Below, one piece after another: positions 47,271 to 56,206 of a stretch of DNA of 64,000 nt (position 1 is the stretch's first letter; each line of letters opens with the position of its first letter). The translations under genes and the position numbers were made by a program. Origin of the DNA: Candidatus Altiarchaeota archaeon (GTDB lineage: Archaea; Altiarchaeota; Altiarchaeia; IMC4; SCGC-AAA252-I15); the NCBI GenBank assembly GCA_043800255.1, contig JAZDNF010000010.1, positions 67,478-131,477 on the forward strand, written 5' to 3'. The notes beneath the pieces are model-generated. The model searched no databases. It was not told the DNA's origin and worked only from the letters and a program-made list of their open reading frames with translations.

Positions 47271-50200
47271 ATGCGAAACAGCCTGTGCTTATTGGTACTC
47301 CTCCTCATGGGAAGCTCGACAGCACAGCTGCTGGACTCTAAAGCCACTGCAGCCCTGCCGCACTCTGACACAATCCCTGTACTAGTCTTCTACGAGAATG
47401 CCGCTCCGGCCGCCTCGATTGCGGCCTACAGGCCGAAACACGTATATTCTCTCTTCAACGGCTTCTCAGCCGACCTGACTCCGGCAGAGATAGCTGCCCT
47501 GTTTGATGATCCATCGGTGAAGGCTGTCTACTATGACAGGAACTACAGCGTCGCGGACTACAATTATTCAGTCCAGCTTGCGACAAGCGTTGACACCGTC
47601 GGCGCGAGGTACGCGCACGAGTCCCTCAACATTACCGGCAGGAACATTACCGTGGCGGTAATAGACACCGGCATAAACTACTCCCATCCAGACCTGGGAG
47701 GCTGCCTCGGCGCAGGCTGCAGGGTCAGAGGCGGATACGACTTCTACGACAACGACAACGACCCCAACGACGAGCACGGCCACGGCACCCACTGCGCAGG
47801 AATCATCGGCGCCAACGGCACACTAATCGGTGTCGCGCCTGAAGTCCAGTTCCTAGCCTACAAAGTATGCAACCCTGCTGGGAGCGTCTGCACAGACTCG
47901 GCGATAATCGCATCAATAGACCATGCACTAGCCAACGGCGCTGACATAATAAGCATGTCATTGGGCGGCAAGATCTTGCCCAACGACGGTTCAGGCGCGA
48001 CAGAATTCATAATCGACCAGGCAGTAAATTTGGGAGTCGTAGCGGTCTCGGTGGCAGGCAACTCTGGCCCAGGCCAGTCATGCATCCAGGCTCCTGGCAT
48101 GTCCAAAAAGATAATAACCGTCGGAGGCTCCTACGATTCCGACACTCCGAACATCGCGGACGATGGGATGATGAGCATGAGCTGCAGGGGGCCTTCAGCA
48201 TTCGGCAGGCTTGACCCAGAAATTGTCGCACCGGGACAGGGGATAGTATCACTTGCCCTTGGAAGCGGCACAGCACCCAACACCGGAACTTCGATGTCCG
48301 CCCCCCATGTGTCAGGAGCGGCTGCCCTGCTGCTGGAACACAATAACACTCTCACTCCAGTCCAAGTGCGCTCCCTGCTGATGCATTCTGCGTCGAACTT
48401 CTCAGGGCACGTGTTCGACAGGGGCGCAGGCTTATTGAACATCTCAAGGGCGATACTGCAGACGGTAGGCGTCACAGTCAACGGTGACGACCGCATCGAA
48501 CTTTCAATCATTCCAGGCTTCAACGCCTCAGTGAACCTGACCCTCTACAACAACGGGAACAGCACCGTGTCTTTCAACTTCTCTTTTGAGTCTGCCACCG
48601 ACCTTAAGAACCTGAACTCGATAAACGCCTCGAACTTTGCGCTCCCATCAGACGTGAGCGTCAGCCCAGGTTCCAACCTCACAGTCAAGGTCAACATTTC
48701 CATACCCCTGGGAACTTCCCCCGCAACCTACGGTTCCACGCTGACTGCGGTGTCCAACGACAGCCAGCAGCTGAGGGTTCCAATAATCTTGACTGTTCCA
48801 ATCTTCGGCTCAGGCATGGCGAACGGGACCCTCTCAAATGCAGGCTCCTACGAGACAGGCAGCAACAGCCAGACGGGGGACACAATCTATTACCAGTTGA
48901 GGAGCGTGAACGGCTCTGTTCTGTCAGTCTTGTTGAACTGGTCTGGCAGCGGCAACGACCTAGACCTGTACCTGTTCACGTCCGGCGGAATTATAATCAA
49001 TTCCTCCACCGTCGGCGCAAGCGAGGGAGAGTCTCTCACATTATCTCGGTTAGACTACGACACCTACTGGATTGCAGTCCACGCTTTCATGCTGACCGGC
49101 ACGTTAGCGTACAACCTGACCGTATCGTACACTTCCAATGTCAGCGTGAGCCCCCCCTACTGGGACGGGATTGTAGGTTCCTCCAGCAACATATCATTCA
49201 CAGTCTCGAATGACGCCTTCCCGAAGAACGTCTCAGTGGACGTTGTCAGAGAGGTTCCCGATTCCAGCGCACTATACAACGTGTCAGTTTCAATGCCTGT
49301 CGCACCCGACGCTGATAACTATTATTGCAGTATAGTGTGGTTGAAATCTGACCTGAACTTCACCTTAAACGATACCAGGTACTTGGACGTGAACCTGACA
49401 TGGTACAGCGCAGGCAACCTGGACCTTTATTTGTGGAGTTGGAACGACACCGGAGACCAGGTCTTCCAGAGTGCGGAGTCTGTTGCGACCATGTACAGCA
49501 GCAACCACGCGAACCACCAGCTTAACGGCACGTGGGAGTCAATCAGCAGGGCTGACATACTATATTATAGTAGACGGTACTATGACCTTGGAATCACGGT
49601 CTGCAACAGGGACACCAACCAGTCGTACAACGGAACCTACACCGTCAACGCAACCCTCTACAACGTCTCACACTGGAGTCCAGCCTCTTTAAGCCTTAAC
49701 CGGCTGAACCTCTCAGCCAACCAGTCTCTGAACGTGACAGTCTCATTGAACATATCCCTCTCATCTGACGGCGAATCCTATGAAGCGTCATTTGTGATAG
49801 ACGGCTACGCCAGCATCCCGCTCAGGATGACATACGATGCGTCTCCTCCGGGAACGCCCACTTTGAACTCACTCCAACTGGAGGTCAACAATGACACTCC
49901 AGCCTATAGTTGGAACTACTCCGGGGAGCAGGTCAATTACTTCGAAATTCAGGTGTCGAATTTCTCCAACTTCAGCGCGTTCCCCGCTAATCACGGTTTC
50001 ACCAATCAGACCAACCAGACCAGCTTCACCTCCTCTCTACTCTACGACGGCCTCTACTTTTGGAGGGTCCGCGCTGTGGATTACGCCTACAACGCAGGCA
50101 ATTGGTCAGCATCAGGGAACTTCACAGTCAAGACAGTATTCCTCAACGAGTTTTCCCCAACTGTTGAGTGGGTTGAACTCTACAATATTATGTCAAAGAA

Positions 50201-50546
50201 CTATTCTCTCATGAATTGGACGCTTGGAGACCTGGACGAGAACTACACGCTGTTCGAAACCGCAGCAGGTGCGGGTTACACCATCCTATACGGTAACATC
50301 ACCAGTCTGACGCTCTCAGACTCTAATGGTTCCCTCTACCTGTGGAATCCGAATGGCCTGCTATTGGATAACGTATCCTACAGCAACCTATCCTCCAATT
50401 ACTCTTTCGGCAGGTCCTCTGACGGCGGCGGCAGCTGGCTTTCCTTCAGCTCGGATGACTCAACTCCTGGGGCAGCCAACAGTCAGACTGTCTCGATTGG
50501 CATGGTCTTTGGCTGGAATCTCATCAGTCTGCCGTTAACGGCGTGA
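47271..50546 (+). CDS. Secreted S8 protease with I9-like prodomain, PPC-like/Ig-like domains and a lamin-tail-like domain (about 1091 aa)
   Basis: Signal peptide MRNSLCLLVLLL (start moved from 47217); VAVIDTG, HGTHCAG, TGTSMSAPHVSG; LNW...DLDLYL PPC-like motifs; LNE..EWVELYN...TPGAAN LTD-like; C-terminal GWNLISLP. Confidence 0.9.
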   Translation: MRNSLCLLVLLLMGSSTAQLLDSKATAALPHSDTIPVLVFYENAAPAASIAAYRPKHVYSLFNGFSADLTPAEIAALFDDPSVKAVYYDRNYSVADYNYSVQLATSVDTVGARYAHESLNITGRNITVAVIDTGINYSHPDLGGCLGAGCRVRGGYDFYDNDNDPNDEHGHGTHCAGIIGANGTLIGVAPEVQFLAYKVCNPAGSVCTDSAIIASIDHALANGADIISMSLGGKILPNDGSGATEFIIDQAVNLGVVAVSVAGNSGPGQSCIQAPGMSKKIITVGGSYDSDTPNIADDGMMSMSCRGPSAFGRLDPEIVAPGQGIVSLALGSGTAPNTGTSMSAPHVSGAAALLLEHNNTLTPVQVRSLLMHSASNFSGHVFDRGAGLLNISRAILQTVGVTVNGDDRIELSIIPGFNASVNLTLYNNGNSTVSFNFSFESATDLKNLNSINASNFALPSDVSVSPGSNLTVKVNISIPLGTSPATYGSTLTAVSNDSQQLRVPIILTVPIFGSGMANGTLSNAGSYETGSNSQTGDTIYYQLRSVNGSVLSVLLNWSGSGNDLDLYLFTSGGIIINSSTVGASEGESLTLSRLDYDTYWIAVHAFMLTGTLAYNLTVSYTSNVSVSPPYWDGIVGSSSNISFTVSNDAFPKNVSVDVVREVPDSSALYNVSVSMPVAPDADNYYCSIVWLKSDLNFTLNDTRYLDVNLTWYSAGNLDLYLWSWNDTGDQVFQSAESVATMYSSNHANHQLNGTWESISRADILYYSRRYYDLGITVCNRDTNQSYNGTYTVNATLYNVSHWSPASLSLNRLNLSANQSLNVTVSLNISLSSDGESYEASFVIDGYASIPLRMTYDASPPGTPTLNSLQLEVNNDTPAYSWNYSGEQVNYFEIQVSNFSNFSAFPANHGFTNQTNQTSFTSSLLYDGLYFWRVRAVDYAYNAGNWSASGNFTVKTVFLNEFSPTVEWVELYNIMSKNYSLMNWTLGDLDENYTLFETAAGAGYTILYGNITSLTLSDSNGSLYLWNPNGLLLDNVSYSNLSSNYSFGRSSDGGGSWLSFSSDDSTPGAANSQTVSIGMVFGWNLISLPLTA

Positions 50547-50573
50547 ACCCTTATTTTCATGGCTTCTGCAACG

Positions 50574-50647
50574 TTTTTATAGTCTATTACCATAATTAAA
50601 CGCTAAAAGTTTTAGCAAGTTCTGCATGCATGCGTTTATGAGGTGAT
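50574..50647 (+). promoter_or_regulatory. TATA-like box, palindrome and Shine-Dalgarno upstream of the Cys-rich gene
   Basis: TTTTTATA at 50574-50581; GCTAAAA-G-TTTTAGC at 50602-50616; GAGGTGAT at 50640-50647, 5 nt before the ATG. Confidence 0.55.
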
Positions 50648-50652
50648 AAGAC

Positions 50653-53600
50653 ATGAAAGACAGTTTTAGAAGGTACTATTCTGAGCGTTATACTCCGGTT
50701 TCTTTGATACTATTTGCTACACTGGCTTTGCTCGTTAGCGTGAGCTACATATCTGCGGACACATCTAACGTATCACCTCAGGTTTACAGTGTCGCAGCAT
50801 GCAATGCGACCTGCGCTGACTGTCTCCAAGAGTACAACTGCTGGCCGAGCTTCGCAGGATGCATGTGGAGTCCCTCTAACATGACCTGCAACCCCGATCC
50901 ATGTCGGCTGATTCAGAACAACAACACCTGTGAAAACACTACCGGCTGCTTCTGGGATTCTCAATTCAGCAACACATGTAAGATAGATATGGGCGGTCCA
51001 GACTGCGCACAGTTCAATGGAAATCAGGCAGGCTGCACGTCTGCTCCGAATTGCATATGGAATGCTAATGGAAGTTTGTGCAATCCAGCATCACAGGGCA
51101 CATGCAGCGGAGCCACCTGCCAGTACTGTCTGAACTTCAACGACTGCGCCAGCAAAGGCTGCACTTGGAATCAAACCTCGAACACATGTGCAGCAGGTCA
51201 GGGCGGTCCAGGAGATTGTAACTCTAACTGCGGCGACTGCGTTGACCCGAACACCTGCTTCAACAGTGTTGCCAACCAGCCAAACCGCTGCGACTGGAAC
51301 TTCACATCATACCGCTGTTATCCGAAATCCGGTGGTGGAGGGCCCTGCAGCAGCGACTGTGGCGGATGCAACGATCAGTATTCATGCGACTCAAGCCCAG
51401 CTAACTGCATGTGGGAGTCCTTCAACCAGCGATGCAGTTGGGATAATGGGCAGGGAATCGACTGCGGAATCTACAACTCAACGATATGCTCGACTTTCGC
51501 CAACAACGGATGCCAGTGGAACGGCACAGCCTGCAGATTGTCTGCATGCGCCCAGAACTGCACCACCTGCGCCTTACAGGAGCCGTGCTTTAACAGCCCG
51601 GCCGGCTGCTGGTGGGACTTCGGAAAGAGCGCATGCAACTCCGGAGGCGGAGGAGGAGGCGGAGGCTTCATAGAAAGCTGCGAGACAGGAAGATGCGACC
51701 TCTGTACTACGCAAGCTAACTGTATTAACACAACATTACACCCGATGAACACTAACTGCGCGTGGGGTCTGCCCCCGTTCGGAGGCCAGGCGATGTGCTT
51801 CATGAACACCACATGCGTTCAGGACTGCTTCAGCTGCCATAATCAGGCTGAATGTCAGCTTTCCAATAATTCAGCGTTCTCGCAATCCGGCCCAGCCAAC
51901 TGCAGCTGGGACGTCTACAGCGGAAGCTGCTTCCCAGGTTCAGGCGATTCGTCTGGAGGCGGAGACGGCGGATTCGGACAATGCGACCAGAACTGCTCAC
52001 TATGCAAGGACCCGTCGATGTGCGACATGAGCATGGCATACTGCAGCTGGAACAGCAACACACTATCATGCGCCAGAGACCAGTGCGCCCAAAACTGCAC
52101 AGCATGCGGCAGCTCAAATGACTGTTTCATGAGCCCGATGGGATGCAACTGGAACGGCACAGCCTGTCTGGGACGCTCATGCTCTACGGACTGCACTGCA
52201 TGTTCTTTCACGACTGACTGCAATGCCAGCGCAGTCGGCATATGCGTCTGGAACAGCACAACACAAACTTGTAAATGGCCTGCGGGCAACGCCTTAAGCT
52301 GTAACAGCGACTGTTCCGCCTGCACAAGCGACGGACAATGCTACAGCAGCCCGAAAGGTTGTATGTGGAATTATGGCGTGAACACGTGCACTGCCAACCA
52401 GTGCATGACCAACTGTAGCGCATGCGACCAAGGCAACTGCGTCAACTCGTTCGCAGGATGCTTCTGGGACTTCGGTGCCAGCTCCTGTAAGGGAGGCGCC
52501 GGCGGAGGCGCTGGAGGCTGTCAGACCTGCACTGAGGACTGCTTCAGATGCCAGTCTAACTCAACATGCCAGACTTCGAACGATTCATGCTTCTCACAAT
52601 CAGGTTGTACGTGGAAGTTCGATCCGATGAAACAGATGGATCCGTGGGCGACATCAAATTACAGCTGCATGCCTAGGATGATGGGCGGCCAAGGAGGCGG
52701 AGGCGGCTTCACTGGCGAACCATCCTGCAATTTCACATGCGAATTCTGCACACAATCTGAATGCGCAAACGCTCACCCCTCAATGGCACCCCCGCCTGGA
52801 ACCTGCGTATGGAACAGTTGGGACAACATGTGCCACCCTGCCGGCGGCATGAGCGGCTCGGGAGGCGGCATGGGAGCGTCATGTTTCATGGCAGCTGGAA
52901 CCAGCCAAAGCCAATGCGAGGCGATACCAGGCTGCAAGTGGGATCCAACATTCCTAAAATGTGATCCAAACTTCGGCGACTTCGGCTGCGCTTCAACACA
53001 GGGCGGAATGTGCTCCAAATGTACTGATTCAACGAACTGCACATCTGACAAGCCCCACTGTGTGTGGGATAACGTAAGCACGCCAGCTACAGCTGACGAC
53101 TACTGCAGGGACAACTTCGGAGGCGGCGGCTTCAAGTTCGGCGGAAACTGCAATGGAATGTGCATGGACTGCTTCAACCAGCAGGACTGCAACCAATCAC
53201 TGGCAGGATGTAAGTGGCTCACAGACCCGTTCAACCCGAGCATGGGGCACTGCGACTGGAACAACACTTTCGGCTGCCCCGAGGACTGCTTCGCATGCAA
53301 TGAGCAGAGCGGATGCCAGGCGAGCAACAACACTAACGACCCGTTCAACACGGGCGCAACATCATGCTCTTGGAATTCAACCTTCTGGTACTGCAAACCC
53401 TCCAACTATACTGGTGAGATATGTTTCATGCCAGGCGACGAGGACAACGATGGCATGGAAGGCTGCGCTGACCCGAACTGCAACAACGACCCATTCTGCA
53501 ACTTCGGCGGCGGAGTAGGCGGTGGAGGCCCAGGGATGGGCGGGCCGATGGGGATGAACATCAACTGCTTCCAGTGGGACAGGTCCAACAACACATGGTG

Positions 53601-55998
53601 TGAGAACTGGACAGGCCACCCAGAAGTCGGCGCAGGCAACGCGTCTGCGACAGGCTGCGCATGGCATATGGTCTCCAAACCTATACAATTTGGAGGCGGC
53701 ATGGAAGGATTATGCGATCCCAAGTTCCAGGACTTCGTGTTCGGCGGGATGGGCGGCGACGCTCCGTTCTTCATAATGCACGACCAGTGCACGAAGGATC
53801 CGTCAGGCGGGGACAACCTGAACAGCACACTATGGCTGGAAATATGTGACATTGGCATAAAGGACATGTCCAACACCACAGCGTTCACATTGGATTTGGG
53901 CAGCATCGCCGACCTAGCACTGTGTAACGGACTGTATCTGAACAGCACTAACGGCACCGGCAAATACTGGTGGTTCCTGGACACGGACAACAGCCAGAGT
54001 ACCGGCTGCTCGATCAACGTATCAGGCCTTAGAGAAGGCGGCTCAACAATAGCAGACCACGGTGAGGGCGGATGGGAGTATGCCATATCCTATGTCGTAA
54101 ACTACACCGCAAACAACGGTACTATAGAGAACAGGATAGCCTACCAGTGCAAGAACAGCACCCAGAACAAGTGGGGCATCCTGCAAGCCACACTATCGGG
54201 GAAGAAGGACCAGGCCTGCAAGTACAGTGGCGTATACGTCGGAGTATCAAAGTCCGACATCGGCAACCCGACCGGGACGATTAGGATGTCAGCTTACACA
54301 GGGAACGCCAGCTCACAATTTGACACTTCCGCGAGCGCTAACCTGGTGAACCCAGCTGACAGAGCGTTGAATGGTTACTTCACGCCCGGTACTATAGACT
54401 TCGCGCCGCCCAACTGTTTCATGAACCCAGCGGCATGCGGCTCAGGCTTCGACATGCAGGGCGGTTTCATGAACTTCGAGGACTGCTTCCCGGGAACGGG
54501 AGATGAGGACTTCGACGGCAAGAAGAACTGCGACGACGAGGACTGCGCCTGGAACCCGTTCTGCCAGGGACAGGCTGCGACATACAACGCATCAAACGAT
54601 ACGAAGGCTCCAACTGTTACGATGAACAATGTGGACACGCACTCAGACCACGCCGTAGTCCACTGGGCGACGGACGAACCCTCACAGGGTCTGGTGATGT
54701 TCTTCTGGACGAACAGGAGCTGCGAGAACAACAGCCAGAACATCAGCGAGTTCAACGACCCGTTCTTCACGGGAGACGACTACAGGCCGTTCCACGACGT
54801 GCCGTTGGATTACAACCACTTCAACCCAGCCTACAGGCTGAGCACGAACATGTCGCCTGGCGTCGCATACTATTATAAGACGGTCAGCTGCGACAGGGCC
54901 GCCTATGCGAACGGCACAGCCAACCCGAACTGCGCTGTCTCAGCGTGCCTGAATTTCACGACGTCCAGGCAGTGCTCGAGCTACACGAACCAGACCGCGT
55001 GCGTAACCGCCGGGCCGTGCAACTGGAACAACAACACGAACGTCTGCAACCAGGGGTTCAAGTTCGGCTTCGGCTTCACGCCTCCGCCGTTCACGCCCCC
55101 AACGAACCCGAAGGGTAACATCGTGTTCCAGATCGACCTTATCGGTAACAGGACTTGGATGACGTACGACTTCAGCGGCCAGAGTTACACGTTCAACGGC
55201 TCATCAGGAGTCAACGTGAGGTTCGGGAACCCGAACACGACCGTGAACAACATCACGATGCCGTGGTGGATTTACATGTTCAACTGCAGTCTATCGTCTG
55301 CGGCCACGATCAACATGACGAACATGTTCGCGGTGGGCAACACGACCAACAACGCCACCAACGCCACATTGTACGTCGGCCTTGACAGCAGCAAGTGGTA
55401 TGACCTGCAGCAGAAGCTCGGCTGCAAGAAGATTTGGGAGCAGATTCCGATGCTGGGCCTCAACTGCACGGCTCCGATGTCGCTCACATACTGTGACGGC
55501 AACGGCAGCAACTGCAACACCACGCTGTCAGGCGACAACGCGACGATTGTGGAGTGCAACGAGACCGGCAACTATACCATATGGGAGCTGCCTGCAAATT
55601 CCGGAATATTCAGCTCGTATACGCTGACGTCCGGGGTCGACACGACGGCGCCGGTCATCTACAACTTCACCATCGGGTCTTCGACGACGAACGTGTCAGC
55701 CACAGTCAGTTGGACGACGAACGAGATGTCAAATTCGACGGTCAACTACGGCAACACAACAGCGCTTGGCTCGACTGCTGTGAACAGCACGTTGGCGACG
55801 TCGCACGTGGTGTACATCACAGGCGTGACGAACGGGACGACCTATTATTATCAGGTCGTCTCAAGCGACAGCTCAGGCAACACGCGTACTGACACCAACG
55901 CCGGCAGCTATTACAGTTTCGCGCCGGCTGCGAGCACTTCGCAGGCGGTCACGCTGACATTGGGCTGGAATCTGATAAGCATCCCGCTTACGTCGTAA
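50653..55998 (+). CDS. Giant secreted cysteine-rich repeat surface protein with FN3-like domains (1781 aa)
   Basis: N-terminal hydrophobic signal; many C-x3-C-x2-C-x5-C-x5-7-C-x-W-x4-6-C repeats with poly-Gly linkers; two C..GDED.DG...C.D..C motifs; W.T.E..S...V.(Y/F) FN3-like segments; ends GWNLISIPLTS. Confidence 0.88.
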   Translation: MKDSFRRYYSERYTPVSLILFATLALLVSVSYISADTSNVSPQVYSVAACNATCADCLQEYNCWPSFAGCMWSPSNMTCNPDPCRLIQNNNTCENTTGCFWDSQFSNTCKIDMGGPDCAQFNGNQAGCTSAPNCIWNANGSLCNPASQGTCSGATCQYCLNFNDCASKGCTWNQTSNTCAAGQGGPGDCNSNCGDCVDPNTCFNSVANQPNRCDWNFTSYRCYPKSGGGGPCSSDCGGCNDQYSCDSSPANCMWESFNQRCSWDNGQGIDCGIYNSTICSTFANNGCQWNGTACRLSACAQNCTTCALQEPCFNSPAGCWWDFGKSACNSGGGGGGGGFIESCETGRCDLCTTQANCINTTLHPMNTNCAWGLPPFGGQAMCFMNTTCVQDCFSCHNQAECQLSNNSAFSQSGPANCSWDVYSGSCFPGSGDSSGGGDGGFGQCDQNCSLCKDPSMCDMSMAYCSWNSNTLSCARDQCAQNCTACGSSNDCFMSPMGCNWNGTACLGRSCSTDCTACSFTTDCNASAVGICVWNSTTQTCKWPAGNALSCNSDCSACTSDGQCYSSPKGCMWNYGVNTCTANQCMTNCSACDQGNCVNSFAGCFWDFGASSCKGGAGGGAGGCQTCTEDCFRCQSNSTCQTSNDSCFSQSGCTWKFDPMKQMDPWATSNYSCMPRMMGGQGGGGGFTGEPSCNFTCEFCTQSECANAHPSMAPPPGTCVWNSWDNMCHPAGGMSGSGGGMGASCFMAAGTSQSQCEAIPGCKWDPTFLKCDPNFGDFGCASTQGGMCSKCTDSTNCTSDKPHCVWDNVSTPATADDYCRDNFGGGGFKFGGNCNGMCMDCFNQQDCNQSLAGCKWLTDPFNPSMGHCDWNNTFGCPEDCFACNEQSGCQASNNTNDPFNTGATSCSWNSTFWYCKPSNYTGEICFMPGDEDNDGMEGCADPNCNNDPFCNFGGGVGGGGPGMGGPMGMNINCFQWDRSNNTWCENWTGHPEVGAGNASATGCAWHMVSKPIQFGGGMEGLCDPKFQDFVFGGMGGDAPFFIMHDQCTKDPSGGDNLNSTLWLEICDIGIKDMSNTTAFTLDLGSIADLALCNGLYLNSTNGTGKYWWFLDTDNSQSTGCSINVSGLREGGSTIADHGEGGWEYAISYVVNYTANNGTIENRIAYQCKNSTQNKWGILQATLSGKKDQACKYSGVYVGVSKSDIGNPTGTIRMSAYTGNASSQFDTSASANLVNPADRALNGYFTPGTIDFAPPNCFMNPAACGSGFDMQGGFMNFEDCFPGTGDEDFDGKKNCDDEDCAWNPFCQGQAATYNASNDTKAPTVTMNNVDTHSDHAVVHWATDEPSQGLVMFFWTNRSCENNSQNISEFNDPFFTGDDYRPFHDVPLDYNHFNPAYRLSTNMSPGVAYYYKTVSCDRAAYANGTANPNCAVSACLNFTTSRQCSSYTNQTACVTAGPCNWNNNTNVCNQGFKFGFGFTPPPFTPPTNPKGNIVFQIDLIGNRTWMTYDFSGQSYTFNGSSGVNVRFGNPNTTVNNITMPWWIYMFNCSLSSAATINMTNMFAVGNTTNNATNATLYVGLDSSKWYDLQQKLGCKKIWEQIPMLGLNCTAPMSLTYCDGNGSNCNTTLSGDNATIVECNETGNYTIWELPANSGIFSSYTLTSGVDTTAPVIYNFTIGSSTTNVSATVSWTTNEMSNSTVNYGNTTALGSTAVNSTLATSHVVYITGVTNGTTYYYQVVSSDSSGNTRTDTNAGSYYSFAPAASTSQAVTLTLGWNLISIPLTS

Positions 55999-56006
55999 GG
56001 CGGGAT
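55981..56006. terminator. Hairpin between convergent genes (putative terminator)
   Basis: ATCCCGC-TTACG-T-CGTAA-G-GCGGGAT inverted repeat spanning the stop of the Cys-rich gene and adjacent to the stop of the Zn-ribbon gene. Confidence 0.4.
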
Positions 56007-56007
56007 A

Positions 56008-56172
56008 CTATCCCTTTTTTTCTTTTTTATCTTCTATGTAGCCTTGGGCAGGCCACTCCCAACCGCATTTGGGGCAGGTTATCAGGTCTTCCTCTTCTTT
56101 AACCCTTAAGAGGCCTTTCCTGCCGCATCTGTCGCATTTTCTGTCGTCTAGAAAGAGTATGTCAGCGGACAT
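56008..56172 (-). CDS. Small zinc-ribbon protein (54 aa), below the ORF-track cutoff
   Basis: Manual translation: MSADILFLDDRKCDRCGRKGLLRVKEEEDLITCPKCGWEWPAQGYIEDKKEKKG*, with CxxC-x16-CPxCG. Confidence 0.75.
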   Translation of the reverse strand: MSADILFLDDRKCDRCGRKGLLRVKEEEDLITCPKCGWEWPAQGYIEDKKEKKG

Positions 56173-56206
56173 CAAAAAGTATATTAGGATTCTGGGGAAA
56201 AAAATG

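Noticed and set aside
51826-51840. CFSCH as a heme c binding motif, or the CxxC motifs as Fe-S ligands
   Set aside because: Single CxxCH inside a regular disulfide-type repeat where that position varies; the protein appears secreted and glycosylated.
56015-56028. T-tract as a pure intergenic terminator
   Set aside because: It encodes KKEKK of the minus-strand Zn-ribbon gene. It may still help terminate the + strand transcript but is not independent evidence.
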